The notes under the pieces were generated by a model, which was not told the DNA's origin, searched no databases, and saw nothing but the letters and a program-made list of their open reading frames with translations. A stretch of 64,000 nucleotides of DNA, from positions 1 through 64,000 of the forward strand of contig CBFFRP010000025.1 in NCBI GenBank assembly GCA_965644295.1, written 5' to 3'. Position 1 is the stretch's first letter. Every line of letters begins with the position of its first letter. This DNA is from Paraphysomonas bandaiensis (lineage: Eukaryota; Protista; Chrysophyceae). Positions 33,468 to 45,849 of the stretch are shown one piece after another. A program made the translations under genes and the position numbers.

Positions 33468-35759
33468 ATGCGGTGCATGGCTGCGTCTATCATACAGTGG
33501 CAATGGCATTGGCAGTGGTGTGTTGTGGGGATGTGCATGAGCACTGTGCTATCATACCCTCACCTGTCCTTTGACTCAGATAACTTCCTATGTGATCACT
33601 ACAATGCCCTCTGTGAGGGGTTGCTGAGTAGCATCGATTGCCCACAGTCACATAAGCACATATCTGGCTGTGGCTCCAGTAATGCATCCAGTCTAGCTCT
33701 ATATGAGGGGGTCTGTGCGTGCTCATCACAAGACACTCAATTCCATGTTGCTCAAGGTGACATACCACATGAATTGTTTCTCAATCGTATTGATGACGAT
33801 GTCTACTGGCTCATGACTCCTTTGACTGGACCGCCTTATGAAGTCAATTCCACCTATCGAAGAATATGCGACTTAGCACTCTCTCGGCTAGGTTGTCCTT
33901 CTGGCGCAGCTATTTCGAGTGGACACCAACGAATATGTTCCTGTGGGGCACTATCTTTAGACCAGGAGGTAAGACAAGTCATCGTGCACCATACACTTGA
34001 AGCCCCGTTAATGAAGATTCCTGTTTTCGCACGGCCTATTACCTTAAGCACTCGGCTTTCTCTTGCACTGGTAGTCATAGGAGGAAAGTTAGGATCGCTA
34101 CTGGCATTGAGGGTCCGACTTCCTCCAATAATAGGGTTTTTGGTGGCCGGAATATCGCTCCAAGGTGCTTGCAGCTCGTACTGTCTGTGTTTTACTAGAT
34201 GTGTTTGATGTGGTAGTATGCTAGATGTTATATCACCTGGGCTAATTCATGGATGTGGAGGAGCTGGGCCTCACACTACTCCATTCTACGAGATTAACAC
34301 GATTGCCCTGCTCGTAGTACTAATACGAGCTGGACTGACTCTTCGTCCAGCTGAACTCTACCAGCAGGGACTGTATACAATTGCTCTTGCAACACTTCCA
34401 TATATCACAGAGTGTTTAGTTGAATTACTTGTAGGCATGTGGATTCTGGATTGGAATATTCTTGATATGGGTCTTTTTGCGTCAATTCTAGCTGCTCTCT
34501 CGCCCTCACTAGTCATACCTGCCATGATTAATCTTATCGAGGGATCTAACCACCGTGGCAAATACGGCATCATCCCTAAACAAGTATTAAGTAGTGCCCC
34601 ACTTGAGGTTGTATTGGCGATCCTATTGTTCAATATTTTTGCCACTCTACACCAGTCCTCCGACGAGGGTCATGCAACAAACTCACTCTATCCCTGGGTG
34701 AAGGTGTTCCCGCTGTGGGTGAACATTATACTGATCCCTATTAACGTTGCTTTCAGTTCCGTGTTGGGGTATATAATGGGGTACTGTTGTGCATGGCATG
34801 CATCGATATGCTGTACATCTCTTGAAATAACAGATGATGCTGTTACTCAAGATAGCGATATAAATGAAGGAACCTGTGGTAATTTAACTGACAGTACCAC
34901 AGAGAGTGCCATTATGTCAAGTGAATCATCAATAGAAAGTACGGATGAAATTGTACGTAGCACGAAGAGCTCACCATCTCAAATGGCTACTGTGAACATC
35001 CTCTTGCCCCTCTTCATTGGATGCTATCTTTTATATGCATTATGCACTCCACAATACATTCAACAGTCCTCCGGTATCCTCGCTGTTTTCATCTCTGCGT
35101 TGACGTTTTCTTACATGGCTCCAAAGGGAGCTCTTGTATTGTCGAAAAGTGGACTAGAGAGTTTGTGGGTAGTACTTGAAATATTTCTCTTTACATCAAC
35201 AGGAATAAATCTGGCATTCAGAGCACAAAATGGTATTTTATTTATCACATTTTAACGAATGTTACACTAATATGCAGGCCCGTTACAAAGTCAAAGGGGT
35301 TTGGAATCTTCACATATATCAGCTTTCTGTGTAATTCTTTTTATGGGAACCCTTGGACGTGGTGTATCTATCCTTGTTGTCCAACTAGTGGCCACTTATC
35401 GCTGCCAGGATTATACTAAGGGGAAATATAAAAGGGGGTGGCGATACATTGGCTCCCGGTGGATTGCCACATGGATGTACCAATTGCCAAAGGCAACTGT
35501 TCAGGCTGCTCTAGGTGGTGTTGCCTTGTCGTCTAATCTCATTCCTGGTACCCAAGGACTTGCTATTGCTACGACAATTCTGCATGGAACTGCGTTTGCG
35601 GTGCTTCTGATGGCTCCTATTGGAGTGTTGATGACAACTTTCGTGGGAAATCCACTGAGTGCTTACCTGGCTTGTCGTGATGCTGATAGTAGTGGCAATG
35701 ATAAAGCTCAAGATAGCAAAGTCGAGTTGGATGCCACAATGCTCGATTACTATATGTAG
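33468..35759 (+). CDS. Na+/H+ antiporter (NHA/SLC9B-like, CPA family) with an N-terminal Cys-rich ectodomain, 3 exons
   Basis: RLPPIIGFLVAG, LVVLIRAGL, ILAALSPSLVIPAM, GKYGIIP, LPKATVQAALG, and LLMAPIG; in-frame GT-AG introns ending at ~34224 and ~35277. Confidence 0.88.
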
Positions 35760-36001
35760 ATCCGCATACCTTTAGCTTATATCGTATTAAAACAGTTTAG
35801 TGAGACTGATGTTTCGTTATGATATATCGTAGATAATAATTTTTAATATTATTATACTTCCGAAGATGACTGTTTTTACTAGCTATCATTACGCATTACG
35901 CACACATAACATAGTGTACAAGTAAATCAGTGAATGCCTTCATGACAATTGTGAAAGCCAATCCAGTAAAAGACGATGTATATATATATGTATTATTTTA
36001 A

Positions 36002-38708
36002 TTATGATCGATTGGCTAACAATTTCCCACCTCTACCCTTTAGCGAACGAAATACGCTCTGAATTCTACTTCGTTCGTCACTAATGACAGTACTTGACTT
36101 ACTTCTTTTCGTATCACAGACACTATCATCTTTATCTGTTTCAGGCGGGCCACTATATCCCCACGGAACTTGATCTGTATCAGGTGCATATGGCTGCTCA
36201 CTTTCCGCAGGGCGTTTCTTTCCACTCCACTTGTAACCCTTGGCCTTGCTCTGATCAACATCGTGGCCACCTTTGTCATGCTTATAGAGTTCGCGGCGCA
36301 GCACCTCAAGGCCACCACCTTGAGTACCAATAACGCGCTTACAACTCTCCATGACGTCCCGCACCTCATTCACATTCATTGCATATAGACGGTTCATTAG
36401 TGAGTCATCTTGTATAATACCCCCTTTGGCCCCCAAACCAAGAGAAGCATATTCACCGAGAACCGCATCCACTGCTTCACTGTCTTTGATTTTCTGAGCC
36501 ATCCGTGTCTGTTTCAGCTTCAATGAAGTCATTTCACTGTCACCGGGTCCCGCCCCACGACGAGCAGTGAATTCGACATTAATTCGTCGACCGTTGAGTT
36601 GCGTGTGATGCAAACTCATCAGTTTCTTCAGTGACCGTTTCCCACCAAAAACGTCAACAAACGCAGAACCTCGAGAGGCCCCTGTATCTTTGTCGGTTAG
36701 CAGACGAACAGCAGTCTTACATGTTGCACCGCTAGTTGTAATATGACGTTCCACATCCTCTGCAGTGGTGCTATAACTCAGTTGTCCAAAAAATAATCGG
36801 TATTTCGGTTTGGTACGAGTTTCATTGGAATCTTCGCCACCATTGCTACTCGTGGTACACTCCGAATTGCTACGAAGTCGTTTACTTCCGTCTTGAGTAC
36901 TACAGCTGCTGTCGATAGAGTTGGCTCTCTTCTTAGAAGTCTTCCACTGTTCTGCTAGTGACTTGTCGCCCGCAGCTTCAACTCCCAACAGCGCCCTTTT
37001 AACTTTTCTTCGAGCATTCGAAGATAGTGATACCGACCCATGCTCCTCATTTAAAACCAGCTCCAATGCTCGCTTGATTGTTCGACGAGCCTTACAATTT
37101 CCACCAACTCCTCCATCGCCTCCAGTACCAATACCTACCAGGGCAGCCTCTACCTCTCCAGAACTCTTAGCACGCCTCAGTGCCTTTGCAGCCTCCTCTA
37201 GAGCGGCACTAGACAATCGCTGAGCTTCTTCTTCTACGCATACTTTTTCTTTCTCTATGCACTTTTTGTCATTTTTTTGAAGCTTCTTCGATTTTGCGGT
37301 ATCGTCTTCAGTGGATACAGCAATGGTAACTTTGGTATCCTTTGCATTTGGAGATGCACCAGATATATCCGGCTCTACCGAGGTAGAACCGTTTCCAGTT
37401 TCGCCCAAAGCGAGTGCCCCTGAAAGTGCCTCCAACACTCGACTAGTTTTTCTTTTGGCCTTTGCAGTAAGCGTGATACCTTCTCCTTTGGAGAGTCGAT
37501 TAAGAGCAGCTAAGAGGGGAGCAGTGCAGTCTCCGTCGCCCCGTAGATACTCCACCAGCACTTCGGGTAAAGCAGGAACAGAATTGAGGGCCTCCAGTAC
37601 TTCAGGTGACGACGTTGCTGTGTTGAGTGCTTGTAGCAAAGAAGATGGAGACGGAAGAGATGTGATTACACTATCCATTGGGTTATTACTCTTTACAGAC
37701 GACGGGTGTATATCATGCACAGTATGCTTCGTGCTGTCTTCTTTTCTGCTCTTCTTGGGTTCAACTTCCCTCGCCGGTAGTTGTGGTGTAACACCTCCGC
37801 TTAGTATATAAAGTGCTTTTTTCATGCGGTGTCGAAGTTTCTTGTTTGTGAGGTTGCTGGAAATGAGACGGAGCAATGTGCTCTCCAGTTCTTTCACTGT
37901 GCGAACCTCTTGACTATCCGCTACACATTATAAATAAACGTGAGAATGAATAGTTTTAGAAATACAGTACATACAGGAAGCCAACTACGATACAGTGGAG
38001 TATGATATCACGCTAATTACAAGTATATAATAATGTCGTACCTGGTAAGGTTTCGATATGTTTCATGTCTGGCAATTGCATGGAATTCAATGCGCACTCC
38101 ACGTCATACACCCGCCCTGCCCTATTGAGTAACTGAATTGTTTCTTCATTCGAAACTTTTTCTACAGGTGTGACTACTACGTCGGTTGCACCGGCACCTT
38201 CTGACGGAGGGGCTTGGAGGGCCGTTAAGGACTCAATGAGGCGTTTCACACGACGCCGTTGTTTAGAATTCAAGTTCAGTTCGACATTTTCTACCACACT
38301 TTCAAGTGTAGATATCAGTCCGGCAATAGACCCCGAGCAAGCAGGAATCTTATCCATCTCAATAGCAACTACAGCACCTTCCACATCCTGCGCTGTCTTC
38401 ACAGACTGAAACTGTGCAGCCACACTATCAGTATAAGCATCACGTTCCAACCCGCTGCTGCTGATAGACTCTGAGCTGTCCGTAGCCACAGGAGCAGTTA
38501 GAGTCTGAATTAAACGTTTCGCTTTTCTTCTTTGTTTGGCATTTAGTTTAAGATTCTCATTCGATGTGATGGCAGTCAGCAGCTCACTGATCACACTCGA
38601 GTGTTCAGTGATCTCAGCTGCATCGCATTTCTGTATCTCATTCATGCATTCATCTACACTCTCTGGTGTGGTTACTTCCCTGAGGGAGGCGATGATTGAC
38701 TCCATCAT
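36002..38708 (-). CDS. RRM-containing, probably nucleolar, protein with repeated N-terminal helical modules (intron ~38041-37922)
   Basis: RNP2 RLFFGQLSY, RNP1 RGSAFVDV, and LHHTQLNGRRINVE; the upstream exon 38708-38042 has the same repeat modules. Confidence 0.8.
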
Positions 38709-39099
38709 GAACTAACCAGTCGATCTAGCAGCACTGCTGGGTGGAAATAATTCCGCCAATCTCAACATTATTAACAACCCTTTTTTTTTGTATGGATGTA
38801 TGTGTGTATGTGTATGCATGTGTGTGTATGTGTAGAGACTGTATATGATTGAATGGACTCGGTGAACCAGAGAACATACTGGCCAATCAAATTGCTTTAA
38901 TAGAAGTAAGTGTATTATGATTTGATATTTCTGTATAGTGACTGATATGATTGGTGTAGATGATTATCAGAGCAGAGTAAGGCAGGAGGATTCAGTTTAT
39001 GGAGATTGTCGAGTGTATCATTAATCTAAATGCTGAAATAACTGGCGAGAAAGTTATAATGGAATTAAAACCGAGGTTGGCTAGCAATCTTGCTATACA

Positions 39100-40080
39100 C
39101 TATTTGCTACTAGCCTTGTCTTAATCTTCTCAAAACGGCCCATTCCATCGTTTTTAGTCTTTAAAAACGTGATTGCTCTGACGATGCTCTTACGTTGACT
39201 CACAGTTAGATCTTTCCTATGCACCGGCACCATGGCTTTTCTGTTCTTTAGTAGTTGCTTGAGCTCCCATAATATAGCTCCATAGGCTGAAGGGCATACT
39301 CTCTCAGCCGTTACATGACACTAGTATGATAGGCTCTGTATTGTACAGGCTTCTCGTCACCACTCACAGTGTTCGATCGCTCGATATCTCCGCTCCTAAT
39401 ACTACTGACTCTCTGCTCTACTTCGATGCTTCATCATCTGATTCATCAGCATATAGTAGCTCCGGCACATATTTCTCACCGATCGGATCATGGTCCCCAT
39501 TCTCAGCGTCATGTACAGCAACAGGAGTCTTCACACTAGGATCTTCATTCACCTGTCGTCTTGACTGTTTGTCTTCCTGTTGCTGGACCTCTTCAACACG
39601 TTCCGGCCTTTGCAGTGGTTGTATCATCCGGCCCTCACTACCCCTACCGCTTGTCATCGCGGTGTTGTTCATCTTGTCGATTATAAGCTATGTACTTCTC
39701 ATCATAACCCAGTTGGTCCTTCTTTTTCTCTTTCTACTCTTGATGTTGAGGAAGGTCCAACTACCATTTGCATTGCCTGTAGGATAAAATACTATACATC
39801 GTTCAGTTCTGTCTTTCTCGGCATCGTTGCTGCGCACTTTAGGATTATAGCACTCTATGTAGTCACCAACAGCCAAATCCAGATCCTTCTAGTAGTTGGG
39901 TAACGGTCTCCTTAGGTTCATGCGGCTGTTCGCGTACTTCACCAAGTCTTCCACATTGACATCAGGTAATGTCCACGGTAGCCCCGCATGTATGCTGCTA
40001 ATAATCTCCTTCAGCCTTCGTATCTTCGAACCGACCCTGTCTAAATGATCGTCAGCGCCACCGATGGCGATTTACACCCC
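39100..40080 (-). pseudogene. Decayed Ty1/copia LTR retrotransposon fragment (integrase C-terminus to start of RT)
   Basis: KIRRLKE...LPWTLP; YPTGNANGSWTFLNIKS; ELKQLL...PVHRKDLT...FLKTK..G.GRFEKIKTRLVA; broken by stops and frameshifts. Confidence 0.8.
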
Positions 40081-40499
40081 TGTAATAATTCCTCTAAGTG
40101 TGATCCGTACGTATTTCTCTCTGCTAGATATGATATGACGCAGAACACTCAGTTAAATCAATATTTTATCTCTCGATATGAAGATATAAGTATGTACTAA
40201 GCATAATATACAGTAGAACGATAAAAAGTCACCATTCGATTATATCAATAAAAACTGCTAGTAATTAAACTTGACTTATTGATAGCCTTCATTCCTCCCA
40301 GAGGGTGCAAAACAGTCAGGCACAGAGTTTTACGTCGTCTCCGATAAATTATTGCAACTATTTTGTGCTGTATATTGCAATGTTGCCCCTTTTCGATAAT
40401 GTTCCAATGTGGTGTCCAAGCGTGTTCCTTGTGAAAGTAGTGACATAATCACGTGACACAATAACATCACCTCTTAGAATTGGATATTTTACTGAAGCT

Positions 40500-40810
40500 A
40501 ACTTTTTTACGCTTAAACCTTAAACTTTCTTTGTTGAACACAATGCATTTTCAAGTAAGAAATATTTATTATTCTAAACACTTCACACATATTTCGTGTA
40601 ACAACTTTGAAAACATCTGCTCTCAGCAACATCTGTTTATCATATATTCACCAATAAATCCTATATCTTATATAGTCACACATCATGAACTGAATTTTAA
40701 TTTGTTTGTAACTATAATCATCCGTTACACTTATGAGTTGATGTTACCTATTGCACACTATTATCTCACTTCAATTGCACAATATATACATTATACATAT
40801 ATACATCATA
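40500..40810 (+). repeat. AT-rich dispersed repeat (copies at ~43070-43330 and a partial one at ~45705-45760)
   Basis: Shared TTTCAAGTAAGAA...CATCTG.TCTCAGCAACATCTGT.TATCA...ATATAGTCACACATCA...TTTGTAACTA...CTCACTTCAATT. Confidence 0.85.
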
Positions 40811-41167
40811 CATCAACATCACTTACTACGAAGCCAATTCGAGTTCGTGATTTTCAGTCAGTGCATGCACATGAATAGAATATAGTGGTAACATACGATG
40901 AACTTTTAAAGATGTTGATTTAGCATGTGCTATTCAGAAAGCGAGGACAAGAGCACGATTACTTGGTTGAATAGAATCGAACCCGTCTGCTCCCCAGGTT
41001 GCTGACGACTTCATGATATCGAATTTAAAACCTCTGATATATTGTCTTATGTGTGAAATCATTTCCCAAGTATTATGCCAAAAAAATTATTTTAAGTTTT
41101 CACGTACACGTACTGTTACAATTACTAGCGCAGACCACAATTTAAATATCTAATATCAATTCTATTT

Positions 41168-41980
41168 CTACGTCTGTGCTAGACTACCGTGAGGTAGAGA
41201 AAACTGGTCCATTCCTTTCTGTAAGTGATTGTACCAAAACCAAAACACCGTAGAACCTAGAGATAGTACAGCCATTCGAGGAACAAGTCCTCTAAATTGG
41301 GCTTTTACTCCATCCCTTCGAGCTATCTCAAAATGTGCTCCAATCACGCTATTGCTTGCCAACTCCCCACTCTTGATGCGTGTGTTGACGCAGTCAGTAG
41401 GGCAGGTCATTATCGCTGTTATTGTTCCTGAAACAAACCCTACTCCAGCTGCTTCGTGCGGTTGAAGTTGATGCTTCTTATAGTGGCGGAGATACATATT
41501 CGCCATACCCTCATAGAGTGAAAGTTTTAAAGCAGCGAAGGGCACATCTTTAATCAAAGATGTTTGCCAACCAAGCATAAGGCCTGATATGCCCCTCTCC
41601 TGAATTGCAGCAGTGCATGCTTGACGCACGGTCGGTTCAAGACCTAATACAACACGTTTCTTTAGTACATCAGATGGGATGCCGATAATAGAGGATGGCA
41701 CGGCGGCAGCGAATGATGCAGCAAGAACTCCACCACTTGAGTATCCATTTGAACTAAATAATTCCTTACAAGGCGAAAACACCCCAAAGAAAACAAACAT
41801 AGAGGGAAATGATCCCAAAAAAGAAATGGGGACCGCGCCGCGGAATAATCGCTTGAAGTCCAGCTTACTTCCTGCTTGAGATTGTACTTTCATTGAATCG
41901 ATTGAATAGAAAATTAGTTCCGTGAATGCGCCTGCAAAGCCACCAGCCATAGCATCAACAATGCAACTTGATTCAAGCAT
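41168..41980 (-). CDS. Mitochondrial carrier (SLC25; S-adenosylmethionine carrier-like)
   Basis: Three carrier repeats: IDSMKVQSQ, PSDVLKKR and PTDCVNTR; KDVPFAAL...YE; FRGLVPR. Confidence 0.9.
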   Translation of the reverse strand: MLESSCIVDAMAGGFAGAFTELIFYSIDSMKVQSQAGSKLDFKRLFRGAVPISFLGSFPSMFVFFGVFSPCKELFSSNGYSSGGVLAASFAAAVPSSIIGIPSDVLKKRVVLGLEPTVRQACTAAIQERGISGLMLGWQTSLIKDVPFAALKLSLYEGMANMYLRHYKKHQLQPHEAAGVGFVSGTITAIMTCPTDCVNTRIKSGELASNSVIGAHFEIARRDGVKAQFRGLVPRMAVLSLGSTVFWFWYNHLQKGMDQFSLPHGSLAQT

Positions 41981-43069
41981 CTCAGTGGTGATGTGTTCTA
42001 TGAAGATGTTATGGAAGTTATAAGGAATTCTCTCGTCTCGTACCTTCTGATTACAATCCTTTGCCTTCAGATTAAGCCTGCTGCAGTATAAAGAGAATAA
42101 AACTGATATGGTTTCATAGTAACATCCAAGTAATCGAACTCACAATCAACTGAGGAGAGGTGGCCCTTATATTGTGTGTGATCCGCTCCATTGGTATGAA
42201 GCGAGGTGTGACTGTGGGTGTCACTCATATCCAATCACTCTTGATTTCTAGATTTTTATTCGCCTATACCATATGTCTTCGTGGCATCTAAACATCTAGA
42301 CATGGATTTCCAGAACTCCCATTTCATCATGGTATACAGCTGTATACGTTATACGGTACACTGTAGATATGCAGATAACGTTCATCGGCAGTCAGCATCT
42401 TAATTTCGGGAATAAATTGAAGCCAATATCGTCTATATTACTGCAATACAACTACGGCTGGAATACAGAAAATTGTTGCCTCAATACTACAGGCATCTTT
42501 GAACAAAAATATACAAAGGATGCCGATACGGCCTTATGCTTCATGTCCAGATCATGTTGGAGGGACAGCACAGTCCACACACACTAGTCAACCAGCCAGT
42601 GTTTGTATTCAATATAGAGGTGCTGTGACTGTGCCTTATATGTACTGGATCTGCAACTGGGCTTCTGTAGGTTCAATGGAATTTTAGTTTTAGTTGCCTT
42701 GAGCTCTGGAGCTGACTGTGCTAACGTGGTGTCAATTTCATGGGAGAAATATACAACATACTCGACTCTTGCACACAGTGATGACATGGACGTTCTATGT
42801 ACTCTGTACGTACAATGATACAGTGGATATATGCGTGTACAGTACAGTAAGTACCAAGTAGCCAAGCCCTTTTCCATTAACATAATATTATTCGACGTGC
42901 AGACAGTACACCAAATGATACCTATTTATTTGAGGGTTATGCAGTGGAAAACGCACTGACTCACATTGATACCTACTCTAATATTGCCATGAAATTGACT
43001 TTTGGAATAGTAGACGCATGTTGAATGAGGTGATGGTAAAGTACTAAAGTTACCTGCCCCTACAAGTTA

Positions 43070-43330
43070 TCTTAACATTTCCTTGTTGCACACAATTCAC
43101 TTTCAAGTAAGAACTATAATTATTAATCTAAGCACCTCACTACATATTCATGTAACATCTGTTCTCAGCAACATCTGTCTATCACACATTCACAAGTCAG
43201 TGCTATACCATATATAGTCACACATCAGTAACTAAATTTACTTTCTTTGTAACTACATTCCCCCGCTACACCTATAAGTTTTTTTCACCTACTGCACACT
43301 ATACACTCACTTCAATTACACAATTTATAT
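43070..43330 (+). repeat. Second copy of the 40500-40810 repeat
   Basis: Alignment by eye. Confidence 0.85.
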
Positions 43331-44642
43331 TGCATCATACTGGAGAACTCAATATTCTGTATTCAGATACATTCAATATTCAAGTTGTTTGAACAATTAG
43401 CCGTAAGCGCAATGTATGTGTAAGTATATGTATTAATTCCAGAATGATACGAAAGCAGCTGTGTGTATACTATTTCAGAGTTAAAAATAACACGGTGCAC
43501 ATAAGTTCTCATATAGGGAGAGACAACATGCTAATCAGCCCCCTTCTATAATAAAGTAAATTTCAATGTTTCTCTATATACTATCTGTTATCCCGCTATG
43601 ATGGGTTTCTATTATTCGCTTGTGAAAAGTATACTACGCATCTAGAGACCTTGTTTCAACATATATAGCTAATATTTAATTATAAAAATCCCTAACAAAT
43701 CTATTCAAGCGTATTATGGGGAATGGAAAATCGTAAACTATCAAGGTAGAAAAAACAGATATTACAATATTCACAGAAAGGGGTTGCAGGCGGGAGAAAA
43801 AGCGCATAACACTTTACTTAGCCTCCCTGTGCACAGAACAACGCGTTTTGCAGCTCATTTCATGATAACAACTCTGGATGATACCTTCTTCCCCCAAAGC
43901 AAGAACAGTACTCGGCAAGACAGTACACCTTGAGTCCCCAAGCATCGCATGTAACAGAGCAACCTTTCTTTTCTCCACAGGAGTATATTCCGTGTAGCAC
44001 TTTCCAGAACGTGTTACACTCCAAGCATCTTCTATGATTTTCAAGGCAATATTTTGCTTTAGGTAGGAGCCCAGCCATCGACTGGATGAATGTTTCAGAG
44101 TTATCAAGCGACTCATCCGCTGAAGCGATAACATTTTTATAACAATATGTGAGATAGTTTGTATACGTTAAGACGTTAGGTATTGTGTGATCAACGCTTA
44201 CTTTGTTCGTTGTGATAATGATGCATAATCGCTCCTTTGTAAGTTGTCGAGGAGGTTACAAGAAATTTCCATGCAAGTGTTCCTCCAGGCCCAAAATTTT
44301 CCCCTCTGCTCACCAAAAGACCGTTACGAATACGCACCGTATAATCGTATATACTGATGTTATACAGTGAAGTTGGCAGTGACCAACAGTATTGGTATAC
44401 GGTACTGTATAGTACTGTATATTGGTATAGCTATGGTACGTAGTTAGCGATATGCATGACGTTAGAATCGTTTTTTTCCCTCACTCTCAACCGTCATTAC
44501 CAGCCACATGCAGGAAGATCATACACTGCATCACAACCGTTTCATTACCCTGCTCTACATCTTGGGGCATTACGATAGAGTACACTCTTCTATAGCAGTC
44601 TTTCTACGACACACTATCAACTTCAGCAGTTTCTACCTCTGT

Positions 44643-45263
44643 ATGGGTTTGTGTCTAAGCAGAAGGCGAAGAGCCGACAAAACTTTTGTATGTGAACTCT
44701 ACCAAAATGAAGCGGCCCCTAATCAATCGTCGACACCTTACTATAATGCCCCTAATCAATCGTCGACACCTTACTATAATGCCCCTAATCAATCGTCGAC
44801 ACCTTCCTATGACGTCTTCTTGAGTCATAATTGGGGTAAAGACTCTAAAAACAGAGACAACCATAAAAGAGTAGTGGAAGTATCCAAACTACTCAAAAAA
44901 AAAGGAATAAGTTGTTGGATAGATGAAGAGCAAATGCATGGTGATATTGCGTCTAAAATGTGTGAAGGAATTGACGACAGCGCCATTATTTTGGTGTTTA
45001 TCACGGAGAAGTACCTTAAGAAGGTCGCATCATCAGGTGACGATAATTGCAAGAGCGAATTTATGTATGCTGTGCGCAGTAAAGGCGAAGCGAAAGTCAT
45101 TGCAGTTGTGAATGAGAGTTCGTGTCAAGACACTAAGGAGTGGAAAGGCCCTTGTGGAATGTACTTAGGCGGAAGGTTATACTGTCGTATGTGGGACAAT
45201 GATATGAAACCTAATATCGATAAGCTTATCGAAGAAATTTGGAGCTGCAAAGCTAGTAAATAG
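44643..45263 (+). CDS. Stand-alone TIR-domain (TIR_2-type) protein with a predicted N-terminal acylation motif
   Basis: MGLCLSR start; YDVFLSHNWG, GISCWIDEEQM.GDI, GIDDS..ILVFITEKY, and DNCKSEFMYA. Confidence 0.88.
   Translation: MGLCLSRRRRADKTFVCELYQNEAAPNQSSTPYYNAPNQSSTPYYNAPNQSSTPSYDVFLSHNWGKDSKNRDNHKRVVEVSKLLKKKGISCWIDEEQMHGDIASKMCEGIDDSAIILVFITEKYLKKVASSGDDNCKSEFMYAVRSKGEAKVIAVVNESSCQDTKEWKGPCGMYLGGRLYCRMWDNDMKPNIDKLIEEIWSCKASK
44715..44808 (+). repeat. 33-bp coding tandem repeat x~3 (APNQSSTPYYN)
   Basis: GCCCCTAATCAATCGTCGACACCTT occurs three times. Confidence 0.95.
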
Positions 45264-45849
45264 CGTCACCTCTTCCAACTGCATGATAGATTCAACTCAC
45301 AGGAATATTTCAACATGTGTTCTAAAAAGGCACGTCTGGACATGGACTTGGCGCTTCGCATCTGCAAGAGAATACACCGATTCGTGTGTAGTAGGTTATT
45401 TCTCCGGTCATGGGTTTACTACCTATGAAATGGAGATACATATGATGCTGTGTGGCAGGCATTTACTCCTATGCTATCACTTTCCTCATTATATATCTAC
45501 TAGAAATTAGTACGTGCAATATTATAGGGTATATGATATTCGCGCAGTAGTTGAATGTGTAATATGTCATACCTTGTACTTTCCGTGCATCATGAAACAT
45601 GTGCTGCAACTGTAAATAAGATCCCAATTGAAATATGATTTATAGCTAGTCTTAGTATTTAGTAAAAGATACACTTTATACAATTAGAAGATAACGATTG
45701 ATTTTATAATTCCTTTGTAACTACACTTATCCGTTACATCTATGAGTTTACCTATTGTATTTGGACACAGCTCTTAGTCATGTTAAGGTAAATGTATATT
45801 ATACTGTATGAATTATATGTAATAATATACTTTACCACAAAACAGATGC

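Noticed and set aside
40960-41030. tRNA-like GGGTTCGATTC on the minus strand
   Set aside because: No cloverleaf or A-box could be built.
43814-44134. Cys-rich short ORFs on the minus strand
   Set aside because: Short overlapping frames with no recognisable motif; may be a decayed element but cannot be supported.
44508-44642. ORF-track start of the TIR gene at 44508
   Set aside because: The ATG at 44643 gives an MGLC acylation-type N-terminus; the upstream extension looks like UTR.
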